A stretch of 63,320 nucleotides of DNA, the filler included, from Sphacelaria rigidula (taxonomy: Eukaryota): assembly GCA_964200075.2 (NCBI GenBank). It is 7 parts of 7 records of this genome, joined end to end, with 100 filler letters (N's around TTAATTAATTAA, not from the genome) between each part and the next. Parts side by side here need not be neighbours in the genome. Positions count along the whole stretch, not along the records: positions 1 to 8,960 come from CAXNAA020009643.1; positions 9,061 to 18,020 come from CAXNAA020009644.1; 5 more parts are not named here. One strand, 5' to 3'. Positions 1 through 10,408 of this stretch are shown in pieces. The translations under genes were made by a program, and so were the position numbers. The notes under the pieces were generated by a model, which was not told the origin of the DNA, did no database searches, and saw only the letters and a program-made list of their open reading frames with translations. Each line of letters begins with the position of its first letter. Position 1 is the stretch's first letter.

Positions 1-63
1 GGGATGCGTGGTCAATGGTCAAACGACTAAGGCAAGCAACAAATGAGTACGCCCCCCCCCCCC
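1..63 (+). mobile_element. 3' end of poly(C)-tailed non-LTR-like element (subfamily A)
   Basis: GGGATGCGTGGTCAATGGTCAAACGACTAAGGCAAGCAACAAATGAGTACG followed by a C-run. Identical or near-identical copies at 52115, 54210 and 54361 (minus). Confidence 0.75.
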
Positions 64-477
64 GGAGGGCCCTGCTGGAGGTGCCGTGTCGGAGACACGT
101 TTTTGCGCGATTTGGCTTCATTAGAGCTAAAAAATAAGATACATTTGGGGCAATTTTTCAAGGACCGTATGTAGCACACGTAGCCGGTAACGGCTTATAA
201 AGCCGGTAACGGTAAATAATGGTTTCAAACCATCATCCAAAAGTTTCATGTAACCATTACCATTATTACCATTATATTGATAATGGCCAGTTATAACTGG
301 CACCATATCCGAGCTCTACTAATCGAGGAGGACTTTCAGAACCCTTGTCCAAAATCACAAATAGGTGACAGCGGGTCTGAGAAGCCGAAGCCCTACCTTC
401 GCGCTACTCCCCGTGCTGGGTGTCCAGCGCTGTAGGAAGAAAATATGCGAAAAAAACGCCCAAATGAAATGGCTCAT

Positions 478-1082
478 GAGTGATGCTACAGTAGGGGTAC
501 ACGGATATTTTCGCAGGTTAAACTTGTTCGGAGCTATTTATCTCATCCCAAAACACGGCTGATGAAATGCTTCGTATATGAGAGTCTGTTGTCGTCCCAT
601 CTATTCTGGACGCCGGGCTACAACATTCGGTACATGTGGGCGCACCAGCCGGGGTCACACAGGAGGAATTCTATTTTTTCATTTTTCTAGTACTCCACCT
701 TTCTTCTGCGGTACTTGCCTTTTATTTTTCATCGCGTGAGGAGTTCAGCAGTCCCTTTTCCTCGTCGACCGTTCAGTCGAATATTGTGTACCTACGACAT
801 CGTCGCTCTCCACTGTTGGGCATGGTGTGGGAAAATATCCCAAATCGCCCCGAGATTTGAACCCACGACCCAACCGTGAGAAGGTTTCGACGCTTCCAAC
901 TGAGCCACCGGGGCGATCGGCAGAGTAAGCCAGGATTACTATTCCAATGTGCTAGAGATATCCAGAATGGATTTGCAAACGGGGATGTCCTGACCCATAT
1001 TTTTGTGCATCTAGTATCGTTGGGAGCCCTTGAACCAGACACGAATGTGCGCAAAAAATACACCCCTACCGTAGCATTTCTC
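478..1082. mobile_element. Sola2-like MITE family 1, interrupted by a SINE
   Basis: TIRs GAGTGATGCTACAGTAGGGGT...ACCCCTACCGTAGCATTTCTC with a 4-bp TSD TCAT on both sides. Internal sequence is homologous to the copies at 3310, 41167, 43607 and 46490. Confidence 0.8.
586..921 (-). mobile_element. tRNA-derived SINE (full length) nested in a MITE
   Basis: Minus-strand head GCCCCGGTGGCTCAGTTGG (A box) ... GGTTCAAATCTCGGGGC (B box). The body matches the copies at 28180 and 32580. AGAGT is duplicated at 581-585 and 922-926. Confidence 0.8.
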
Positions 1083-1109
1083 TCATAATCCGGATCAATA
1101 CAGTAGCAG

Positions 1110-1427
1110 GAAGTAATATTGAAGTAGCTCGTGACCTGTCCGACGCGTGAGATACGGTGGTATGAAATCATTCGGTGTATTCTTGAAGGTGATCGCGAGA
1201 AAAACGATCGCTAGACTGGGAGATGGATTGTGGCCACAGGCGGCGAAACAGGAAGGGGGTTTGAGATCATGTGAAGAAGGTTTTTGTGCAATGTATGGAA
1301 GAAACTTCTTGAGCGCCCAAAGGTCGGATGTGTCCCTGTCTCGAACGTTGCTCCGCCTCGAAAGGGATGCGTGGTAAATGGTCAAATGACCAAGGCAAGC
1401 AAATTATCACGCTCCTCCGTCCCCCCC
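1110..1427 (+). mobile_element. Longer, degenerate 3' fragment of poly(C)-tailed element (subfamily A) with an ORF C-terminal remnant
   Basis: Contains the shared GGGATGCGTGGT.AATGGTCAAA.GAC.AAGGCAAGCAA tail. Frameshifted peptide KTIARLGDGLWPQAAKQEG / FLCNVWKKLLERP...GCVVNGQMTKAS. The 5' boundary is approximate. Confidence 0.55.
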
Positions 1428-2605
1428 ATAGGATTGGCGTCGGTTGGCAACGATGCTGTAAAACACGCCACTCACTGCGTAAGCTAGGCAACCAGGTTAC
1501 CGTTTTTATTTGCGCTTGCGTTTTTGTTGCGGCGACCATGATGGTGGTCGAGCTATCAATAGATCATATCGTGCGGGATGGGAGAACCTCACTTGCGCAT
1601 AATGGGAATGGTCGTACTACGTGGTGTTTAAATGGTGAAACGCAAATGAGGCAGTGTTTAAGCCATGGCTATCTCTGACACCAGAAAATGAAGAATTCGT
1701 TTGAGGCTGTCATTCAAATGCAAGATAATCAGTACGCTTCGGGCCGGACAATCTTAGCAGGATGCAGCTCACCCTTTGTGCGACCTGCCGAACACATCAC
1801 GGCGCTTCGCGCTTGGTGATTGATTTCAAGCATGGTCCGGCGAAAACTCGGTGTGCTCCGTCCCGGCTCCGTAGGGATGCGAGGTAAATGGTCTTATGAC
1901 TACGAGCTGGGCCAGCAGTAAATCCCGCATTTGCATAGCACACCATAACATATCAAGTGTACCAAATCAGCCCGACTTGAATATATCGGTGTGACGTACA
2001 GACCAACGTGGTAACGCACGGGACCGCCGCTGATTGAAAGAAAAAAAAAAGCAAAGAAAATGTACTGCATAATGTATCACCTAACCGACGGAACAAAAAA
2101 AGGAATCCGTCGGGATTCGATCTCCTGACCTCCATAACTGGAGTCGACTGCATCACTTGGGTTAGAGGAGCGCAGTCGTGCCACACGAAAATTTGGATGC
2201 TGCGCCAAATTTCGGGAAATTTTGGCCGAAATTGTACCAGGGTTTCCTCCACACAAGGACGCACAACTACACCAGGGATGCCCCCGTGTTTCTTTATTTT
2301 CACGGAGCTATATACGTCGCATTTTTCTAGTTTTTGCAGAAACTCCAAATCGCTCTAACTTTTTTTTTTTGGCATCCCCGGGAAGGTTGTGCGTAGTGAT
2401 GATAAAAAATGTTGTGTCAAAATTTCAGCACCCAACACTTCGGATTACCCACCGCCCGGCCCGGATACATTCACAAATCACTGTCAGCTGGCCCTGCTCG
2501 TACGGAATGCAAGATCATGAATACATCGCCCCGCCTCCCCAATCGAAGTCAGTGGCCTCATGACTATGGCGTGGATGATCATGAGTACACCCCCCCGGCC
2601 TCCCC
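1428..2605 (+). mobile_element. Poly(C)-tailed element subfamily B, split by a MITE at 1903-2500, plus a second short tail copy at 2547-2605
   Basis: Homologous to 18121-18500 (minus), 38193-38370 and 8866-8960 (minus). Removing the MITE restores GGTCTTATGACTACGGAATGCAAGATCATGAATAC followed by a C-rich run. Confidence 0.7.
1903..2500. mobile_element. Tc1/mariner-like MITE
   Basis: TA|CGAGCTGGGCCAGC ... GCTGGCCCTGCTCG|TA. Homologous in the opposite orientation to 58726-59301. Confidence 0.75.
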
Positions 2606-2642
2606 ATTTCTTTTCCCCCGGACGCACACGCTGATTCTGCAG

Positions 2643-2818
2643 CAACATTGGGAGGTACAGCAGAGGCGTACGGCCCGCATCGACAACGAAGACTTCGACA
2701 GGGGTTTCTACTTGAGCGAGGAAGGGGGGGGTATGGGCGATGACATGGATGGGGGGGCTCCGTTCCTGGGGGACGAGAAGAAGTTTGCCGCTAAGGAGGC
2801 GGAAATGGCTAAGCTCAG
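2643..2818 (+). CDS. PRP16: Pre-mRNA splicing DEAH-box helicase PRP16/DHX38, internal exon of the N-terminal region
   Basis: QHWEVQQRRTARIDNEDFDRGFYLSEEG...KEAEMAKLR, bounded by ctgcag| and ag|gtgaac. Phase 2 matches the next exon. The acceptor position is less certain than the donor. Confidence 0.75.
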
Positions 2819-3059
2819 GTGAACAAGGGGCGAAAAAAGGAGAAACGGTCACCGTTGGTTCATGTTTGTGTGGTATAGTACCAGCTTAACCCTATGGGAA
2901 CTGAAGTGCTGATTTTTGGTTTGTGAATTTTTGTGAATCGGCATCATTTTGACTTGAAAATTAATGAAGATGATGCCGATTCACAAAAACAAAAATCAGT
3001 ACTCCCTGGGGGTCTAGCTCCATGAGAGTTGAATAGTTTTTCGGGGGGGAACAAAATTG

Positions 3060-3253
3060 CAAGGGCAGGTCGAGTAGAGTATACTCAACTGCGGGGTATT
3101 TTGAAAGTCGTACTTGAAGTACACAAAGTGAGGGTAGGGTTTTAGGAATCCCTTTCCAGTTACATTTTTGGGTACGACTCCCAACACTGCCCTAATGTGA
3201 GTGCTTCAAGTGCGTCTTTCAAGACTGAGAGTACTCTACTCGACCTGCCCTTG
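3060..3253. mobile_element. hAT-like MITE
   Basis: TIR CAAGGGCAGGTCGAGTAGAGTA...TACTCTACTCGACCTGCCCTTG with a perfect 8-bp TSD CAAAATTG (3052-3059 and 3254-3261). Confidence 0.8.
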
Positions 3254-3309
3254 CAAAATTGCTCGCCATGTTTTTGGTGTTCCAGAAACGCAGACAAACA
3301 GAAGAAGGG

Positions 3310-3566
3310 GAGTAATGCTACGGTAGGGGTGCACTTTTTTCGCGAAATTATGTCTAGTTCAGGGGCTCCCAACGGTTCTAGATGCACAAAATATGAGTCA
3401 GGGCATCCCCGTTTGCAAGTTCATTCGGGATATCCCCAGCACATTAAAGTATTAATCCTGGCGTACTTTCACATCTGTGCATATGTCGTGCTTTGCATGA
3501 GGTGAAGGACTCTTAACAATTCTAACCTCAGAAAATATTTATGCACCCCTACCATAGCATCACTCA
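3310..3566. mobile_element. Sola2-like MITE family 1
   Basis: GAGTAATGCTACGGTAGGGGTGCA...TGCACCCCTACCATAGCATCACTC with TSD AGGG on both sides. Confidence 0.8.
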
Positions 3567-4243
3567 GGGCTTCAGTGTTTTTTTGTGTGTTGGTTCTCTG
3601 GTCCCCCTGATGGAATTTGTGCAGGTTGTGTCCCGCGGGGGTACTGGTACGTCCAGTAGGGTATACAATTTCCTACAGAAGTTACACAACTGTCGGGCAC
3701 TGGTATGAAAGTACTACATAACTTACAGGATCTGTCGGGTACGGTATGGGGGTTGTACAGAAACCCTTGAAGGGTGTGTGTTGGGTAGGGTAAATGCCCC
3801 GATATTTAGCCCCCCGAACTTTGCGTTGTGATGATCCGATCTCCAAACTCTACTCAATTTTCCGGTAAAGTTAGGTGCGATCGCGCGTTGCTCTTACCCA
3901 AAACCCAGGTATTGTCGAGTATGATTTCAATACTCTACCCGAGTTTTTGAGTATGAGAATTGGAGACACTACAGAATCCGGCAAATATAGGATCATTTTC
4001 TTCTTTCTTTTCCCCCTCTTTTCCCCCCTTTTTTCCCCTCATTTTTTCTCGTGTATTGTATTTTCCTTTTTTTTCTCTCTTTCCTCTCTTTTCTTCTTTT
4101 CTTCTTTTCTTCTTTTCTTGCTGTCTTTCCTCCGCTTTTTTCCTCCCCCTTTTTTCTTTTGGTCATGTTCCGTTATTTTCGTTCTTTTGTAAAAAAAAAA
4201 ATCCGCTTGCTTCTTCGTTAAAAACAATACTGATGCTATACAG

Positions 4244-4466
4244 AGCGAGGGGCGAGGGAAAGATCGCGAACCGGTCGGCAAAGGCCAGCCAGATGAGCGC
4301 GGACCAGGACGCGTGGGAAAACAACCGTCTCTTGACAAGCGGCGCCATGTTTGCCGGAGAAGTTTCTCTGACCTTCGACGACGGGGAGGATCAGCGCGTG
4401 CAGCTCATCGTGCACAGTCTCAAGCCCCCGTTTTTGGACGGACGAGTCAGCTTCAGCATGCAGCAG
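4244..4466 (+). CDS. PRP16: PRP16/DHX38 exon
   Basis: DQDAWENNRLLTSG...RVQLIVHSLKPPFLDGRVSFSMQQ matches the conserved PRP16 WE.NR.LTSG and PPFLDGR motifs. Bounded by atacag| and cag|gtgtga. Confidence 0.9.
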
Positions 4467-5878
4467 GTGTGAGATGAGAGCCTGTGTCATTCGCGTGTGC
4501 GGTATTCGAGCAAACCCTACTAGGTTACCGCAATTATCGTCATCCTCCTCCGTCCGGGGGTGCGGGCGATGACCTTTTGAGTGAACTTGAACAGACAAGA
4601 GCCGGAAGCAATGGTTGAAGTGTGGGGTCTCGTGTCTTGAGAGGCTGATAAAAATACAGAAAAAAGCAAAGCAAGAGTCTAAAAGCAGCAAATAGATGGG
4701 GTATCCCGCTGCGACACCACGCTCTGCTTTTTTCGGGACGCCTGCGTTGCTCTTTTCTGTTTTTTTTTCCCTTCGAGCCCGATGAAACAACGAGCTAAGC
4801 GAAGTCGATACGTGACGTAACGTTAACGCTATTGATATCGTTCTTTTATTTCAAGCTCGATGAGATACGGGTTAAGCAAAGCTAATTTGCATCGTAACGT
4901 AACGCTAACGCTAACACTAGCGCTTGATCCTAAGCTGAAGCACAACCATGTGGAGTGTGATGGCGTTATGAGTGAGTGAGGTATCTGCGCCAATCACGTG
5001 TACGTATTTCAGGTTCAACCACTAGCTTACGGCTGTTAAACTGATTCTGTTCCACCTCATTGGGGGGCCGAACACATGTCTTCGGGGGGCGGTATTCGGG
5101 AACGGAGATAATGTACGTACATTCGCCGATATTGTGCTGTATGTATGTACCGATGTGATGCCGAAGATAGCGAACAATCTTTTATCACCCGGAGGTGTTT
5201 CTCGGGGGTGGTATACAACGTACAGTACTGGAATTAAATTACTTTTTACCGGCATTTTACGATGCCAAAAAAAACGGTCCTTGTTTTTGAGGCACGTTTA
5301 TTACACGAGCTGGTCTTCAATTCAAGTATCATGCTTCAACATACTTTTTTTTTTCTTCTTCGAACCTCAAAAAGGCGATAGATAACCCCAACCCTGACCA
5401 TGGTTTGAAACCCAAGCCAAGGCATACTGAGGACCCTCGGAGAGAGGTTGGTGATACGTGATGTTCTATTACCGGGAAAGCGTGCGGTGGCAAAGCTCAA
5501 TTCGGCGCCTGCAGCGCTAATGTGAGCACAAACGCATTCCGCACACGCTGTGCGGGACCCTGGGACTGTCAACCCCAAAGATCCGAATATGATCATACTC
5601 CATGGCCCACACGAAACATCTATTGCGAGTTTTTCTTTAATTCAATCACGAATTTAGTTGATCAGTTCGCAGCAGCTTAGCTCTAACGCTTTGTTCCGAT
5701 TTTATTTTTTTATTTTTTTGTTTCTTGTTTCGTTCTGTTCTTGTTTTATTAGTTCGTTTTTTTTTTTTCGTTCTTTGTTTTTGTCTTGTTTCTTGATTTT
5801 CAGGTCTTCGGTTTTCGTTTTCTGGAATCACAATGCACACCATTCACTTTTTTTTCTTTTCTTCTCTCCTGGACACAG

Positions 5879-6097
5879 AAAATGGTGCCCACCGTGAAAG
5901 ATCCGTCGAGCGACTTCGCTCTCTGCGCGAGGAACGGATCGGCGACCCTCAGGCACCAGCGAGAGAAGAGGGAGAAGGGCAAGATGCGCCAACGCTTCTG
6001 GGAACTGGGTGGCAGTCGCATGGGCAAAGCTATGGGTGTGGAGGATGACGCCGCCGCGAAGGCAGCAGAGGAAAAGGAGGAGGAGGGGAAGGGTGAG
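5879..6097 (+). CDS. PRP16: PRP16/DHX38 exon; the helicase core exons are not seen in this contig
   Basis: KMVPTVKDPSSDFALCARNGSATLRHQREKREKGKMRQRFWELGGSRMGKAMGV matches the PRP16 V.D.TSD.A..AR.GS and WEL.G..MG motifs. Bounded by acacag| and gag|gtaggt; phase 0 join. Confidence 0.9.
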
Positions 6098-7201
6098 GTA
6101 GGTGGATACCATGCCGTAATATTCATGCCAATATTTGGGAATAGGTCTCACCCTGGACACTATTATATGGTCAATAATTGCAACACTGTGGAAAAAAAAC
6201 TGTGCTGCGTACCGTATAGGCGTATTGCAACTACTGACCATATGTTGTGCAAGTCGTGGATTTTTTTTTCTGTTCCGGAGCTCAAGAAATACCTGCCAAT
6301 ATATATATATATATATGTATGTGTGTGTTTTCGGGAGAGCTGTCACTAAAACTGGCTGGCAATCTCTTCATTCATGTCCCAAACGGCAAGGAAGGCACAT
6401 ACGTTTTTAAACAGTTATCGTCAATCCCACTTCGTCCGCCCCAATAAAATTCATGGTTGAAAGATACACCTGATTTGAGTGTGGACACCGAGATTCGGAT
6501 TTTTACTGGGACTGACGATCCCGAGGACTCCTAATTTAGCTCGCCCAGAACGCGTTATTGTCAGAATCAGTGCTTGTTATTGTTCAAATCGGCGCCTATG
6601 GGCACCGATTTGAGGTTTGCCTTCTAGGGCACCCACCCTCTGCACCCCCCGTGCCCGAGGCTTTCTCGGTATGCCTTGGTTGGCATTAGCGTTAGCGTTA
6701 GCGTTACTTTGAAAATGTGTCAACCATGGATTTGTGTAGACGCATGTTTTTTTTCTTTTCTTTCTTGTCTATCCTTTGTCTTGTCGTATGTTGTTGGAAG
6801 CGTTCATCTCGTAATGGTCACGTGCATGAAAATATATACAAGTAAAAGTTTTTGACATCGGCTGAAGTCGCATCGGACCAGTTCATGAGCGGCAACCGAC
6901 CAGTCAATGAAGACAATCAACCAATCCGATCGTTGGATCAATTAAATAGCCCCCGGAGACGAGAACCACTATCATCCCGCCGCGTCCCGGTGGTCGGATG
7001 GGCGCATCGAGTGCTGAATTTGGAGCGGATGTTGGGAGTTCGAACCCCGACACGGAAGTGAAATTCTTCTCTTCTTTTTCCTCTTTCATCTCCGGAAATA
7101 GTGGGTGGGAGTATTCTCAATGGATGTATATTTTTTCTCGAAATCTTTGAATTTTTGGGTGGAAAAATTATTTTTCCTCCGAAAATGTGAGAGCAGATTT
7201 C

Positions 7202-7506
7202 TCAACCCTTGGACAGCAAGAGTAGGTAATCTGTTAAATCGGCATCAATTCCACTTGAAAGAAGTATGTATGATCCAGATGAACTGCCCTCGGGGTCTGA
7301 GGGTTCAAACCTTTGACTGCGAGCGGTCACTATTTTTCAATCCCTTGGCAAGTGAAAGTGATGTCGATTCACAAACAGACCACCGCTCGCAGTGGAAGGG
7401 TTAACCCTCAGACGGCGAGAGTAGGTAATCTATCGAAGCAGCATCAATTTCGCTTGAAAAAAGTATGCATGCTCCAGATGGACGACCCTCTTAGTCTAAT
7501 GGTTAA
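7202..7506. mobile_element. Three adjacent ~100-bp piggyBac-like MITEs
   Basis: Units at 7206-7303, 7310-7400 and 7405-7502 with CCCT...AGGG-type termini, separated by TTAA or degenerate TTAA. Confidence 0.65.
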
Positions 7507-7596
7507 GGCTGCAAATTATGCACGGTTTGGACGAATGAAATCATGATTCGACTCACGTTCAACATTCGTACAAATCAATCGTACGATTCGTACCCA

Positions 7597-8130
7597 AGTT
7601 GTGATTTGTACATGTTTTGGGTTCGTGATTCGTACTGCACCACTTTGTGTGTACACATTCCCAGTTCGTCATTCGTGCGGTACATCGTCGAAGGTACACG
7701 TTTCCTACCGTCCATTCGTTTGGCGTGAATCATAGGTACATGTTCCCCACTTTCCATTAATTCATCGTGAATCGTCGGTACACCTTCCCTACCTTCCAGT
7801 TATACGAGGTGAATCAAGCGTACGTGGTTCCCGATTTTCGTTCATGCAGCATGAATCATACGTACATGTTCCCCGCCTTCCATCCACACGAGGTGAATCA
7901 AGCGTAGATGTTTCCCAATTTCCGTTCAAGCAGCATGAATGATACCTACATGCTCCCCACCTTTCGGTACATACGAAATGAATTAGGTGTACATCTTTCC
8001 CACCCATGGTTCATACAGGAATTGTGACTCGTACATATTTTGCACTCTTGATTCGTCTGATACTGCTTGGAGTGTGCACATGCTCAGTTCGTGATTCGTG
8101 CGGTAGACCTGATGTACAACTTTACCGTCC
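7597..8130. repeat. Degenerate ~42-bp tandem array (about 7 units) between two ~115-bp diverged direct repeats
   Basis: Units TGAATC..N..GTACA..TTCCC at 7726-8019. The flanks 7597-7713 and 8021-8130 align with each other. Confidence 0.65.
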
Positions 8131-8865
8131 GTGATTCATAATGGATGACTATTTGGTACATGACTCGCATTCACCATTGGTGGGGAGTCAACCCGTGTGA
8201 ACCCTGATTGGTCCGAACCGTGAAATGATGTGTGATGCCTGGGAGTTGCCTTCACTGACGAATCCGTATTTGGCTCAAGAACAGCTGTGAAAAATTATTT
8301 TTATTCTAGCAGCTGTTCAAACTCGGCGTGATTTTGATTTCGGAGGGCTCCCGGTGAGAGCTGGTCCAAGATATGCGCTCAAAATCGGGGGAGAAACCAA
8401 CGGCGATCAAAAGTTGCCCCAAAACATTAATTTCGTGTTGCCGCTCAAGACTTGAATCTTTGACTGCGAGCGGTGGTCCATTTGTTTGTGAATTGGTACC
8501 ACGTCATTTTCCCATCCCTTTTTCAAGTGAAAGTGAAACCGATTTTACGATTGAGCCAGCGCTCGTGGTCAAAGAGTCAACCAGGTCAGGGAATATATCA
8601 ATTTGAAGACTACAATTTTATCCGAAGATACACGAGCTAGGCTAGTTGATGGCGTTTCTTGTCCCTTATCGGGTGAGGCGGTAGTAAATTTGAGGAGTAA
8701 GGCGCTAAAAAAAATGACACGGCTTTTATCACCACGGCTTTTATCACCACGCGTTACATATCTCGGGATGCAAAGACAAATAAAACAAAACAAAAAGTTG
8801 GAGCGGTTTGAAAGTACAGCAAAAACTGGAAAATTTTACAACTCCGTGAAAAAATGGGGGGGGGG

Positions 8866-8960
8866 AGGAAGGGTGTTCTCATGATCATGTATGTCATAGT
8901 CATGAGACCATTGACCTCACATCCCTACAAAGCCGGGACGGAGCACGCCGGGTTTTCGCC
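8866..8960 (-). mobile_element. 3' end of poly(C)-tailed element subfamily B
   Basis: Minus strand GGCGAAAACCCGGCGTGCTCCGTCCCGGCTTTGTAGGGATGTGAGGTCAATGGTCTCATGACTATG...ATCATGAGAACAC followed by a C-run. The contig ends inside it. Confidence 0.75.
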
Positions 8961-9060
8961 NNNNNNNNNNNNNNNNNNNNNNNNNNNNNNNNNNNNNNNN
9001 NNNNTTAATTAATTAANNNNNNNNNNNNNNNNNNNNNNNNNNNNNNNNNNNNNNNNNNNN
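8961..9060. other. Artificial contig linker N44-TTAATTAATTAA-N44
   Basis: Six-frame stop spacer, repeated every 9060 bp. Confidence 0.98.
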
Positions 9061-9131
9061 GGGAATCGAACCCCCCAACTCAACCGTCAGAAGGTTACGA
9101 GGTTACCAACTGAGCCACCGGGGCGACCGGC
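9061..9131 (-). mobile_element. tRNA-like head of the SINE, truncated by the contig edge
   Basis: Minus strand CCGGTCGCCCCGGTGGCTCAGTTGGTAACCTCG...GGTTCGATTCCC with A and B boxes. Confidence 0.75.
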
Positions 9132-9681
9132 TTCTGCTATCCCTTATTTTGTGGCAGATTTTGACGCCTTTCTTGAGTCAAGAAACAATACTTCTTTCGA
9201 CAACCAAGGCTTATTTCTTTTCCAACTCGTGTCTTGAGAAGAGTGAATCTTCTGTGCTAAGTTAGCCCCCAAGAACAGCTCATGCCTGGTCAGTATTGCA
9301 TAACGTACATGACAACTGGTTCGGTGGGGTAATATTTTCCTACACGCCCCCCTGTAGGGTGTGGTGCCGTCTCCAAGAATCTCCAAAACTTGGCACCGAC
9401 ACTGCTGTTTTTCTAGTCGCCACAGTTCGATCTTCATGAGTTGTGATAAACCCATACATCCTTGAGTCCAGAAGCGTACCTTCATCAAGTGGGCCACCTT
9501 TATTTTCACAGCTCATTGAATAAGTCTGGTGGCCTAGTGACGTGGATTAGGAGTACCCCCACGCCCCCCCCCCCCCCCCCTCCCCCCGCCAAGCTTGGGC
9601 CGAATAAGGGAGGTTTATGTGCGATGCCTGGACTGAGAGATATGCCACCTGTTCATGATGATGCACGGGTTCCTTGACCAG

Positions 9682-9870
9682 ATCGCAGCGACGAGGGTGG
9701 CGGCCCTCCTGCCCGATCCGAGTAAATGGGAGGAGGCGTTGACCATGTTGCGATCACCGCCGCTCTCGGAGCAAGACTTCAGAACGACGCTGGATCGATA
9801 CAGCGATTCCAACTGGGAGAAGCACATGCTTGGGGATTTGTACCGGAACCAGGGGCTGGACAGCATCAAG
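9682..9870 (+). CDS. Uncharacterised protein, penultimate exon
   Basis: gaccag|ATC...AAG|gtttgc encoding IAATRVAALLPDPSKWEEALTMLRSPPLSEQDFRTTLDRYSDSNWEKHMLGDLYRNQGLDSIK. Coding-like codon usage; phase 0. Confidence 0.65.
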
Positions 9871-10408
9871 GTTTGCTTATTATGTATGCTGTTGAGTAAG
9901 TAAGCACAGCGCGGGACGCCACGGATGTGTTATGAAAAATGGTGCTCCTCGGAGGCATGCTCTCTATCGCTTGCGGGTGAAAGCTTGAACGTTTCTGGGT
10001 TGCTCGGTTGTTCTATTACTCTCGCTGGCTTTACAGAAAGTGCATATGGTCTCAGGTACCGCAGTGGTGCCGTTATGTGTACCTCGTGCTCTCTGGATCA
10101 ACACGAAAAAATCGGCTTTCAACGCGTATTACAGGCTATCTTGACCATCGTGCGTGTTTGATTCTACTTTGAACGGCGTCGCAGGTTGTGTTTTCAGTGA
10201 TTTCAAGACGTTACAGGTTGCGATTACCCATGAAATTTCGAGGGCTACACGAGATCAGAGAGCTCATTGCTGTACCGCTGTTCATCAGGTCACCGTCATC
10301 TGCCTCGTACAACTACTTGTTTCACTTTGTTGCCATCGATTGACTATACAGCATATATCAATAATATATTGTGCGCGTATGTTACTGCTCTCTCCCACGC
10401 ACACACAG

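Noticed and set aside
3875-4338. Phe/Ser-rich membrane-like and Lys-rich ORFs (also 5646-5897)
   Set aside because: They come from long intronic pyrimidine tracts upstream of PRP16 exons.
7726-8019. CRISPR-like repeat/spacer appearance
   Set aside because: The core is short and degenerate, the variable parts are related to each other, there are no cas genes, and the context is eukaryotic.
9005-9016. Perfectly periodic TTAATTAATTAA motif every 9060 bp
   Set aside because: It is an artificial six-frame-stop linker embedded in Ns, not biology.
9061-9131. Possible tRNA gene (also at 846-921, 28475-28546 and 32580-32655)
   Set aside because: D and anticodon arms are not canonical, and the full copies continue into the same ~280-bp body with TSDs. 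These are SINE heads.
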